Shown in pieces: positions 8,441 through 16,500 of a stretch of 29,026 nt of DNA. The stretch is from Bacteroidales bacterium. GTDB lineage: Bacteria; Bacteroidota; Bacteroidia; Bacteroidales; UBA10428. The position numbers and the translations under genes are program-made. The notes beneath the pieces are model-generated. The model was not told the DNA's origin. It searched no databases and saw only the letters and a list, made by a program, of their open reading frames with translations. The stretch's first letter is position 1; each line of letters begins with the position of its first letter. The DNA lies in NCBI GenBank assembly GCA_034677845.1, contig JAXDCR010000003.1, positions 1 to 29,026 of the forward strand. The letters run 5' to 3'.

Positions 8441-9046
8441 TCAGGGGATATAGGAGCTGATCAGGAGTGACAGGTTTTCTGCAGTCTCTTCATTTTCAAG
8501 ACCGCTGATCCTGGCAGTCCCTGTCCGTATTTCAGCTTTTACATAAGGCATGGAGTACACGGTATTGTCAACAACAAAGGCTACCATGCGTCCTGTGTTG
8601 CTTCTGGTCAGATCTGCCCATTTCCTGGATCCCTCCATGTTAAATTGCAGGTCGACATTATTGTTGCCGGGTGTGGCTTTCTGAACGTCTGAAATATCTA
8701 AAGCCGCATTGTAGGGCAAGGCTACTATAGCATACCTGGTAGATAGTGCGTCATCATTAATTCTCATAACGGCCAGCCTCACCCCATCCTGTTCATATTC
8801 CATGTTCAGCCGGGGAAGGTCTTCCTGCCGGATGGAGGCCAAGAAGGGTGACTGCATCTCGGAGGCCGGCATGAGTATGGAATCCGCCTTCAGAACGGCG
8901 GCAAATGAAGCAGATAATTCATTCGGCGTGAGTATCGCGTAAATGCCGAAATGTCTGGCCTCTTCCTGTGTGGCCGGTTGTTCGGCCGGTTTACAGGAAA
9001 CCGCCGGCAAAAAGCAAGGAAGTAATAATAATGTGATAGTCCTCAT
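8441..9046 (-). CDS. Lipoprotein carrying an isolated SecD/SecF P1-head-like subdomain
   Basis: Lipobox AVSC. The C-terminus LQFNMEGSRKWADLTRSNTGRMVAFVVDNTVYSMPYVKAEIRTGTARISG follows the SecD P1-head pattern. No transmembrane domain. Confidence 0.75.
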   Translation of the reverse strand: MRTITLLLLPCFLPAVSCKPAEQPATQEEARHFGIYAILTPNELSASFAAVLKADSILMPASEMQSPFLASIRQEDLPRLNMEYEQDGVRLAVMRINDDALSTRYAIVALPYNAALDISDVQKATPGNNNVDLQFNMEGSRKWADLTRSNTGRMVAFVVDNTVYSMPYVKAEIRTGTARISGLENEETAENLSLLISSYIP

Positions 9047-9154
9047 ACCATTTATTTATTAATTGGGTAATTATTATATGTATAAATCAAAAAATAAGCC
9101 GACTAAAGGAGGTTATATCGGGGCATGGGAGAAAGGTATGGAAAATCTGTTCTA

Positions 9155-9460
9155 TCATTTGTTCCTGGTTTTTCTGAATTCAATGAAATATTCAGTCAGC
9201 GCATTGACATAGTCCTCATAGGCCTTTGCTCCCCGGTCGGTTATGCGGCAGGTAGTCAGAGGGTATTTGCCCCTGAATGACTTTGTTATGTCAATATAGC
9301 CGGCCTTGTTCAGTTTGGCAAGCTGAAAACTCAGATTGCCTTTTGTTGTGCCGATATTTTCGAGAAGAAAGCTGAACTCAGCCGATCTGACACCGATCAG
9401 GACGGACATTACGGCAAGCCTTACCTGTGAATGCAGCAGGGGATCAAGGTCTTCAAACAT
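9155..9460 (-). CDS. Winged-helix (MarR/ArsR-like) transcriptional regulator
   Basis: Start reassigned to ATG at 9460. Sequence MFEDLDPLLHSQVRLAVMSVL...FSFL...TKGNLSFQLAKL.KAGYI.I.KSFRGKYPLT...IT..G. It starts 2 bp after the membrane-protein stop. Confidence 0.9.
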   Translation of the reverse strand: MFEDLDPLLHSQVRLAVMSVLIGVRSAEFSFLLENIGTTKGNLSFQLAKLNKAGYIDITKSFRGKYPLTTCRITDRGAKAYEDYVNALTEYFIEFRKTRNK

Positions 9461-9462
9461 AT

Positions 9463-10077
9463 TTATACCTTTTTCCGTCTGGCATACATAACGTGGCCGG
9501 GAATGATGAATGCAAGCAGCCAAGCAAAGGCTTCAACGATCATCTGCTCCTCCAGCCTTAAATAGGAACAAAAGTAAGCCAGCACGCCAAACACAATTCC
9601 GCCGGCTATGAGCATCGCATGGCGCAGGATTCCTCCGGTCACTACCACTGCAAATGCAATGCAGACCATAAAGATCGGATGCTGCAGCTCGAAATTGATT
9701 GAATGCAGTACATTAAACTGGATCAGGTTTATTAGCACAAGGCAGACAACAAGAGAGATCCATACGTAACGCAGCGAAATGCCAATATAAGTCTGGACCT
9801 TTCTATGCTGCCTGACAATATAATAGATGGTGTAGGCCAGCACAAGTGCCCCCAGCACGTAACCTGCCTTTTCAATAAGATTCCTGACCGCGACGGTCGT
9901 GATCCACCGGGAAATAATGTAGCCGGTGGCATACATGTAAAACATCATCCATCCCCATGCGATGAAAAGGATTCCGTCATTTCTGAGCCTTGCCTGCGAA
10001 ACCTGTATCATCTCCCTGATCAGCCGAAGCGAATGGCCAGCCTCTGTCATGTCTGTTTCCTGATTTTCGTTGATCAT
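9463..10077 (-). CDS. Multi-pass membrane protein, partner of the winged-helix regulator
   Basis: About 6 hydrophobic segments. N-terminal SLRLIREMI...FIAWGW and C-terminal IIPGHVM are typical of membrane proteins cotranscribed with this regulator family. Confidence 0.85.
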   Translation of the reverse strand: MINENQETDMTEAGHSLRLIREMIQVSQARLRNDGILFIAWGWMMFYMYATGYIISRWITTVAVRNLIEKAGYVLGALVLAYTIYYIVRQHRKVQTYIGISLRYVWISLVVCLVLINLIQFNVLHSINFELQHPIFMVCIAFAVVVTGGILRHAMLIAGGIVFGVLAYFCSYLRLEEQMIVEAFAWLLAFIIPGHVMYARRKKV

Positions 10078-10102
10078 ATTAAATTGTTTATTATATAAAA
10101 CT

Positions 10103-10145
10103 AGTTTGCATTACAAACTTATTGCATTTTAACGTATTTTCCAAA
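10103..10145 (-). promoter_or_regulatory. Bacteroidota promoter overlapped by a palindromic operator
   Basis: Minus strand TTTG (10142-10145)-N20-TAAGTTTG (10114-10121). The inverted repeat AGTTTG-CATTA-CAAACT at 10103-10119 overlaps the -7 box and the expected start site. Confidence 0.75.
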
Positions 10146-10278
10146 TTCTTGTGATTTTTATTCTGATAACCTGACTCACCTGCCGGCCGGGTCAATGACC
10201 ATGGCGACGCCCGGATCGCGCAAACCTGCCGCCATGCTTTTTCAGGGGACCGGCATGGTATCTCCGGTTCAAATCATG

Positions 10279-11517
10279 TTACAATTCCTTGCTCATACGC
10301 CGCAGAGCGGGGACGAGGAAAGAAATAATGCCGATGAGGAAGATCCCCGTGCCTGAAATGATGAATGTGTTTGTGACGCCGATTGAATCGGCAATAAAAC
10401 CGGTCTGCAGCAACCCGATCATGGAAGGCAGCAGGGTGATGCTGCCGAAAAGTGAAAACACCCTTCCCAGCACCACCGGTTCAATATTCGTCTGCAGCAC
10501 CACGTTAAACGACCCGAAATAGATGGCCCCTGAAACACCTCCCAGCAAAGTAAGGGCGACAAAATATGCGAACCGGTTCGCGGGCAGAAGTCCCGACAAG
10601 GCAAAGGTAAGTCCCAGCAGCCAGTACATCGAATTGATCAGGGTTATCCTGTCGGTTTTCATTTTCAATATTCCCAGCAAGGCGCCGCCCAGCAGCATCC
10701 CTGCGCCCCAGGAAACTTCGACAAGGCTCATCTGGTAAGTGCCGCCGGCAAAGTGATTGACTGTCATCAGCGGGAAGAGGGCTGCCACCGGCATGATCAG
10801 AAAATTGGCCAGGATGGCGAAAATGAAAAGCCACAGCATTCCCCTGTTTTCAACAACCGCCAGAATGCCTTCCTTCATTTCCCTCACTATATCGGGAGGA
10901 TGTGCATCCGGCTGCCTGGCAGGGTTGGGTATGGTCACCATCACCAGGCTTATGCAGGCCATGGTTGCCCCGAGCACATCGAACAACAGCACGTTCGTCA
11001 TGCTGAAGTAGCTGATGAGCAGGGCAGCAAGGGCGGGACCTGCAATGCTGCTCACCGATTGTATCACCTGGTTAACCCCCGCGACACGCATTAGCTCAGA
11101 TTCAGGAGCGAGGAGGGGAACCGAAGCCTGCATGGCCGGCATATGGAATGCGCTGCCGGCCGAGCGGAGCGCAAGCAGCAGATATATATGCCCCAGTTCG
11201 ACCTTGTCCAGGTAGAAAAGCAGGGCCATAAACGCCGAACATAAGGCAATGAATACATCGGCCAGTATCATTACCCTCCTGCGGTCCCACCTGTCGATGA
11301 AGACACCGGTAAGGGGACCCATAACAAGCTGAGGCAGCATATGGGCTATTGTGGTAAAAGCCAGCACCTCGGCTGACCTTGTTTCCATGCTCAGCCAGAA
11401 AACAACCGCATATCCGACGACACCGCTGCTGAGGGTCGAGAACAGCTGTCCCGTCCAGATGATCCCGAAAACCTTCTTCCAGTTGCCCGCCTGATCTTTT
11501 GTGCTGTGTTCGCTCAT
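10279..11517 (-). CDS. MFS transporter, DHA3 / Mef(A)-like efflux family
   Basis: 412 aa, about 12 TM segments. WKKVFGIIWTGQLFS, the MFS motif A GVFIDRWDRRRVMILAD, and FHMPAMQASVPLLAPESEL resemble Mef-type pumps. Substrate not established. Confidence 0.88.
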   Translation of the reverse strand: MSEHSTKDQAGNWKKVFGIIWTGQLFSTLSSGVVGYAVVFWLSMETRSAEVLAFTTIAHMLPQLVMGPLTGVFIDRWDRRRVMILADVFIALCSAFMALLFYLDKVELGHIYLLLALRSAGSAFHMPAMQASVPLLAPESELMRVAGVNQVIQSVSSIAGPALAALLISYFSMTNVLLFDVLGATMACISLVMVTIPNPARQPDAHPPDIVREMKEGILAVVENRGMLWLFIFAILANFLIMPVAALFPLMTVNHFAGGTYQMSLVEVSWGAGMLLGGALLGILKMKTDRITLINSMYWLLGLTFALSGLLPANRFAYFVALTLLGGVSGAIYFGSFNVVLQTNIEPVVLGRVFSLFGSITLLPSMIGLLQTGFIADSIGVTNTFIISGTGIFLIGIISFLVPALRRMSKEL

Positions 11518-11648
11518 TACAGGCTGATAATCCTCAGGTCTTCGGCAACGGTAAAGATCGTCTGCAGTTTATTGGATATCCCGCATTTCTGACCGTTTTC
11601 CGGTAAGGGCAGTACAACAAACTCATATTAAGATGTTGAGGTCGGGCA

Positions 11649-11679
11649 CAAATATATTCCTTTTAGCTTTTGAATGCAA
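11649..11679 (-). promoter_or_regulatory. Bacteroidota promoter of the MFS gene
   Basis: Minus strand TTG (11677-11679)-N20-TATATTTG (11649-11656), implying a ~125-nt leader. Confidence 0.65.
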
Positions 11680-11725
11680 TTGGGACGAAGCTTCAGCGAG
11701 CCGGCAGGAATGACTGATTCTCCGT

Positions 11726-11758
11726 GAAAGAATGACGGAAGGCTAAAAAACCCGTCAT
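11726..11758 (-). terminator. Possible intrinsic terminator after the 11771-12172 gene
   Basis: 7-bp stem ATGACGG/CCGTCAT with a 13-nt loop, followed by UCUUUC on the minus strand. Confidence 0.4.
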
Positions 11759-11770
11759 GTAGGGTGGCAG

Positions 11771-12172
11771 TCAGAATTTAAGGATCAGGCCGATCACGAT
11801 GCCCAGCAGCAGCATTTCTGCCAGTCCCGTCACCAGCTGATAGACCAGTGTCCTGCCAGGCACGATGAACATCATCCAGCCAGATAAAGCATTCATGACA
11901 ACCCTGAAAAACCACATGCCAAGTCCGAACGCGATTCCTCTTGCAGTGCCGCTTTGAGCCGGAAGCACGGGCAGGATGAAAAGGTACACCGCGCAGATCA
12001 CAAAGCCATAGGCAAGATCAATTGCCATGCCTGCCGGCACATTGACAGCCTGACGGGCTATTGGTTTATAACAATCCATAATCCTGGCAGCCAAAGGATT
12101 GCCATTTATCAGCGCATCCATTATGCCAAAAAGGACACCGGAGGACAACGAAGCTACAACGTATCGTGCCAT
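11771..12172 (-). CDS. Small 4-TM membrane protein of unknown function
   Basis: Four hydrophobic helices. Likely start is ATG 12172 (MARYVVASL); the ORF track starts at 12196. Confidence 0.75.
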   Translation of the reverse strand: MARYVVASLSSGVLFGIMDALINGNPLAARIMDCYKPIARQAVNVPAGMAIDLAYGFVICAVYLFILPVLPAQSGTARGIAFGLGMWFFRVVMNALSGWMMFIVPGRTLVYQLVTGLAEMLLLGIVIGLILKF

Positions 12173-12208
12173 GTTTGTATGCAGTTTAATAAACAATTCA
12201 GCATCCTT

Positions 12209-12574
12209 TCAGGACCGGTTGAGTTTCTCTTTTGCCTCTTCCGGTGTGGACACAAAAATGATCCTGCCGCTTTTATTGCTTTAAAGCATTAAATACCACA
12301 GGCTTTTGCTATTGTATTTAGAAAAATCCCCGACGACGGCAAGACGAACACGGTAGTTGGAGAATTTCTGCAGGATCTCGCCTGCCAGACGGGTCTTCAG
12401 GTCGAAAAATGCCGGGTTGAGATTATGTTCATACACAATTATCCGGGATGCGCCGTGGTATCCGCAGTCTGCCATAAGGTCCAGCGCATCCTGTGTGTCT
12501 TTGATAATTACCTTCGCGGATTGCAGCTCGGCAATGGCTGAGCTTCCGGTGTTAAAATATTTAATAGTATCCAT
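12209..12574 (-). pseudogene. DUF4180-family gene interrupted by an in-frame TAA
   Basis: DALDL...FFDLKTRLAGEILQKFSNYRVRLAVVGDFSKYNSKSL is the DUF4180 core. After TAA at 12281-12283 the same frame continues SNKSGRIIFVSTPEEAKEKLNRS to TGA at 12209-12211, giving the expected ~121-codon length. Confidence 0.8.
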
Positions 12575-13655
12575 CGGGGGTTTCTTTCTCCTGTGAGTTC
12601 CTTTTGATTGTCCTATGGTAATTCTTCACCATCTTTCCGAATTCCTTATCTTTTTTATGCCTTTCTGCAAGGGAGGATTCAAAATGCAGTTTTTCCTTCT
12701 GCATTTTCTTGTAGTTCCGGAGAGAAGCAGTATCCACCTCGCCCCTTTCAGCGGCCGCAAGAACGGCACAGCCTTTTTCACCGCTGTGGCTGCAGTCGCT
12801 GAACCTGCATTGCCTGGCAAGTTCCTCGATCCGCATAAAGGTGGTTTCAAGTCCCCCCGAATCATCCGCAATACCCACCTCGCGCATACCCGGGTTGTCA
12901 ACCAGCAATGCTCCCTGCGGCAGCAGGAACAGCTCACGGTGGCTTGTCACATGCATGCCTTTGTTTGTACTTGAGCTTACGGGGCCGGTTTTCATTTTGC
13001 GCTCACCTGTCAGGTTGTTGATGAGCGTCGATTTTCCCACACCTGAAGACCCCAGCAGGCAGTATGTCTTTCCTTTTTCGACAAATGACATAAGGTCCTC
13101 ATACCCCTGTTGTGTCTTATGGCTGACAGGGAAGACCGGCACACCGATGATGCGGGAACGGAGGGCCGAGATCATCAGGTTGACCTCGTCTTCCGCAACA
13201 AGGTCAATTTTGCCAAGTATGACTGCCGGTTTTATATGTGCTGCATGGCAAATCGTCAGGTACCTTTCCAGCCTGTTTATGCTGAAGTCCCTGTCAGCTG
13301 CCTGACAAAGAAAACCCACGTCAATATTCGCAGCAATAACCTGTACCTCACTGTTGCTCCCCGCCGCCTTCCGTCTGATAACCGAATATCGGGGAAAAAC
13401 CCTGTGTATGATGGCAAAGTTGTTGTCATAAAGAGAAATGGCTACCCAGTCCCCCACTGCCGGGAAATCCTCCCGGTGCATAGCCGAGAAGCGAAGGTTG
13501 CCGCTGATCTCGGCTTCAACCTCCCCGCCTCCGGTGGCAACCCAGTATCTTTCCCTGTGTTCGGCGATGACCCTCCCGGCGGCAAAGCTGCACAGACCCA
13601 GGGAGGTTCTTGCTCCCTCAAGTGAAGCGTTATATCCCAGTTCTTCGAGATTCAT
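12561..13655 (-). CDS. rsgA: Ribosome small subunit-dependent GTPase A (circularly permuted GTPase)
   Basis: OB-fold N-terminus (AVGDWV), QVIAANID, RLERYL, G1 GSSGVGKSTLIN, G3 DNPGMRE and Zn finger CRFSDCSHSGEKGC. Confidence 0.95.
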   Translation of the reverse strand: MNLEELGYNASLEGARTSLGLCSFAAGRVIAEHRERYWVATGGGEVEAEISGNLRFSAMHREDFPAVGDWVAISLYDNNFAIIHRVFPRYSVIRRKAAGSNSEVQVIAANIDVGFLCQAADRDFSINRLERYLTICHAAHIKPAVILGKIDLVAEDEVNLMISALRSRIIGVPVFPVSHKTQQGYEDLMSFVEKGKTYCLLGSSGVGKSTLINNLTGERKMKTGPVSSSTNKGMHVTSHRELFLLPQGALLVDNPGMREVGIADDSGGLETTFMRIEELARQCRFSDCSHSGEKGCAVLAAAERGEVDTASLRNYKKMQKEKLHFESSLAERHKKDKEFGKMVKNYHRTIKRNSQEKETPDGYY

Positions 13656-13821
13656 CAGGCAAGCTGCTGATCAGCATCCTAAAAAATTGATCAATCTATG
13701 TTCCGGTTCAGCGCCTGGTTTTTCCACGTCCTGTGAAAGTAAACATAAATTCCCCTGAGATCCGGTCCATATGCAACTGTCTCAGCGATTGACTTTGTCC
13801 ATGGAAATCCAGACGGGTCGG

Positions 13822-14400
13822 TCAGTAATTTTCTTCCCTTATCTGCATGAATGATTTCGGGTGCAGGCAGGCGGGACAGGTCTCAAGTGCCCGGTCGGAT
13901 TCATAAACATAACCGCAGTTAAGGCATTTCCACCAGACTTTCCCGTCCTTTATGAAAACCTTGTCCTCCGACATATTTTGTAATAATTTCAGGTACCGGC
14001 GTTCATGTTCCGCTTCGACCCTGCCAATCATTTTAAATGCTCCTGCAATTTCGGGGAATCCTTCGCTTCTGGCAACCTCCGCGAAATGCGGGTATAACTT
14101 TGTCCACTCCTCATTTTCACCCTCGGCGGCGGCTTTCAGGTTATCCTTTGTGGTGCCGATGATGCCCGATGGATAGGATGCCGTGATTTCTGCCATTCCT
14201 CCTTCAAGAAATGCAAAAAATCTCTTGGCATGTTCCTTTTCCTGGCTGGCAGTCTCCAGGAAGATGTTGGCAATCTGTTCATAGCCTTCTTTTCTTGCGA
14301 CACTGGCAAAAAACTCATAGCGGTTCCTTGCCTGTGATTCCCCTGCAAATGATTTCAGCAGGTTTTGTTCAGTCCGGGTTCCTTTCAGTGTTCTTGTCAT
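13822..14400 (-). CDS. rbr: Rubrerythrin
   Basis: Start reassigned to ATG 14400. LKGTRTEQNLLKSFAGESQARNRY, EKEHAKRF, EAEHERRY (diiron ExxH motifs) and rubredoxin-like CLNCGY...CPAC. Confidence 0.96.
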   Translation of the reverse strand: MTRTLKGTRTEQNLLKSFAGESQARNRYEFFASVARKEGYEQIANIFLETASQEKEHAKRFFAFLEGGMAEITASYPSGIIGTTKDNLKAAAEGENEEWTKLYPHFAEVARSEGFPEIAGAFKMIGRVEAEHERRYLKLLQNMSEDKVFIKDGKVWWKCLNCGYVYESDRALETCPACLHPKSFMQIREENY

Positions 14401-14637
14401 TTTGATGTTTTTTTTGTGACAGCATCCGGTCCCTCCGACGGGACAGGCAGCATACAAAATTATCAAAATTGAGGAACCCGGCGCAGATGCAGGTAAATAT
14501 TCCCTGAGGTTTTCAGACTTCTCTAAAAATTTTACTTTCTTGTGGAAAGTCGGCAATTAAAATATATCTTTAAGCGATCATTTTTCACCTTAGAGGAGAT
14601 CAGTTTTACCAATTAACTAAACCTTAATTTTATCATT

Positions 14638-16362
14638 ATGGATAATGAAAAACAAGAGAAGGGTGCTTCAGGCAGTAAATCCTATTCACGGAGGAACTTT
14701 CTGGCCACCGCTGCTGCAGCCTCTGCTGCTTTTACAATTATTCCGGGCGTTGCCATGGGTAAAAAACTTGGCTATCAGCCACCCAGTGACACCCTGAACG
14801 TTGCGCTTGTCGGAGCCGGCAGCCAAGGTTCGGGCGACATTAGAAGCATCTGCAAGCCAGGTGTCGAAACTGGTACGGGACAGGGCATGATGGGTATGAG
14901 TTCGAGGACCGGTACCGAAAACCTGGTGGCCATTTGCGATGTGGACTGGGGTTATTCATCGGTGACCAATTGTTTCAATACCTATCCTGCAGCCAAAAGG
15001 TATAAGGACTGGAGGGTCATGTACGATGAAATGGCAAAATCGATTGATGCCGTAGTTGTGGCAACGGCCGATCACAGCCATGCCAATCCCGCTGCTCATG
15101 CCATGACGCTCGGCAAGCACGTGTATGTTGAAAAGCCGCTTACCCACAGCATTTACGAATCGCGTCTGCTGACCAGGCTGGCCAAAAAATACGGCGTGGC
15201 CACCCAGATGGGCAACCAGGGTGCTTCCGGAGACGGTGTGCGTCAGGCATGTGCCTGGGCATGGGCCGGCGAAATAGGGGAAGTCCGCCGCTGCGACGTA
15301 TGGACAAGCCGTCCTTCCTGGCCGCAGGGCATGGACGCTCCCACCGACAAGCAGAAAGTCCCGAAGACAATGGACTGGAACCTGTGGATCGCCCACATGC
15401 CTTTCCGTGAATACAACTCAGCCTACACCCCATGGAACTTCCGCGGATGGTGGGATTTTGGCACGGGAGCCTTCGGAGACATGGCATGTCACAACATGCA
15501 CCCTGTATTCAAGGTCCTTCAGCTCACCTATCCGATCAGCGTCCAGGGACAGTCAACAACCCTTAAGAAAGATGCCTGCCCCCACGCCCAGATCGTAAAG
15601 ATGGTGTTCCCCGCCCGTCCCAACCTGCCGAAGATGGCAATGCCTGAAGTTGAGGTCACCTGGTACGACGGCGGTTTTAAAGGTATGATACCCGACCAGC
15701 TTCCTGAAGGCAGGACATGGCAGGGCGAAGGTTGTGCCATTTACGGCACAAAGGACACGATCGTGCTGGGAAGCCATGGTGGCAATGCGTACCTGCTCTC
15801 CGGAAGGACGCCGAAGTCGCCCGAAGTGCTTCGCGTGGTGCCAGAAAACAACCATTACATGGACTGGGTCAATGCCTGCAAGAACCCCGATCTGCGTGAC
15901 AAAATCGCATCGCACTTCGGTGAGGCCGGCCCCTTCAACGAAATGGTGCTGATGGGCGTTCTGGGTGTGCGTATGCAAAAGCTCAACAAGATCCTGATGT
16001 GGGACGGTGAAAAGATGGAATTCACCAACATCGGCGCCAATGAAACGGTATCTACCTACACAGTCAGCAGGAGTATGGGCCAGATGATGGCATCTGCCAC
16101 TGCAGCTGCCAGAACAGCTGGCGGCGCTGCTCCCGGCGGCGCTGCTCCCGGCGGCGCTGCTCCCGGTGGCGCTGTTCCCGGCGGCGCTGCTCCCGGCGGT
16201 GCTGCTCCCGGCGGTGCTGCTCCCGGCGGCGGAATGCCTGCCGGCGGTCCCGGTGGTTTTGGCGGTACCGACGAGTCAACCAAAAATGCAAGGGAATATG
16301 TTGCATCCCTGGTCAAGCATCCTTACCTAAACGGTTTCAGCCTGCCTGATATGCCTGTATAA
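14638..16362 (+). CDS. Gfo/Idh/MocA family oxidoreductase with Tat signal
   Basis: SRRNFLATAAA signal. Rossmann motif VALVGAGSQG, ATADHSHA, HVYVEKPL, TQMGNQG, WRG-type NFRGWWDFGTGAFGDMACH. Confidence 0.95.
   Translation: MDNEKQEKGASGSKSYSRRNFLATAAAASAAFTIIPGVAMGKKLGYQPPSDTLNVALVGAGSQGSGDIRSICKPGVETGTGQGMMGMSSRTGTENLVAICDVDWGYSSVTNCFNTYPAAKRYKDWRVMYDEMAKSIDAVVVATADHSHANPAAHAMTLGKHVYVEKPLTHSIYESRLLTRLAKKYGVATQMGNQGASGDGVRQACAWAWAGEIGEVRRCDVWTSRPSWPQGMDAPTDKQKVPKTMDWNLWIAHMPFREYNSAYTPWNFRGWWDFGTGAFGDMACHNMHPVFKVLQLTYPISVQGQSTTLKKDACPHAQIVKMVFPARPNLPKMAMPEVEVTWYDGGFKGMIPDQLPEGRTWQGEGCAIYGTKDTIVLGSHGGNAYLLSGRTPKSPEVLRVVPENNHYMDWVNACKNPDLRDKIASHFGEAGPFNEMVLMGVLGVRMQKLNKILMWDGEKMEFTNIGANETVSTYTVSRSMGQMMASATAAARTAGGAAPGGAAPGGAAPGGAVPGGAAPGGAAPGGAAPGGGMPAGGPGGFGGTDESTKNAREYVASLVKHPYLNGFSLPDMPV
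16120..16224 (+). repeat. In-frame 15-bp tandem repeat x7 encoding (GGAAP)7
   Basis: Unit GGCGGCGCTGCTCCC, seven copies with minor variants (GGT codons; one GTT giving GGAVP). Confidence 0.97.
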
Positions 16363-16383
16363 GGATCGCTACTGTAAATACAC

Positions 16384-16415
16384 AAGAGAGGGCGTCTTTC
16401 GGGACGCCCTCTCTT
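16384..16415. terminator. Bidirectional intrinsic terminator between convergent genes
   Basis: AAGAGAGGGCGTC-TTTCGG-GACGCCCTCTCTT is a 13-bp stem with a UUCG-containing loop. Confidence 0.85.
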
Positions 16416-16500
16416 ATGCTCTTCAGAGAATCGTCAGACACATCTCAAATTGTGTTTGTCCCTTTAGCAGGCCCGGCAGTCTCAAAGGCCGCTTGTCGCC

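Noticed and set aside
12281-12283. Programmed stop-codon readthrough or recoding in DUF4180
   Set aside because: The stop is TAA (not TGA/TAG), all other genes use standard stops, and the adjacent codons also deviate. Mutation or sequencing error is more parsimonious.
13666-13677. 12-bp palindrome TGCTGATCAGCA upstream of rsgA
   Set aside because: Single occurrence with no associated promoter match or second site; within chance expectation for a window this size.
2000-13700. Integron-like cassette array or mobile island
   Set aside because: Gene content is cassette-like, but I found no repeated attC-type element, integrase, transposase or terminal repeats. Several genes have their own host-type promoters.
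14401-14556. N-terminal extensions given by the ORF track for rubrerythrin (also for the nitroreductase 17419-17541, ferredoxin 1711-1821 and wHTH 9461-9523)
   Set aside because: The extensions run through AT-rich promoter regions or overlap upstream genes, and family homology begins at the downstream ATGs.
16056-16316. Antisense ORFs encoding (PPGAA)n and (RREQH/R)n repeats
   Set aside because: Shadows of the GC-rich 15-bp tandem repeat inside the well-supported oxidoreductase gene.
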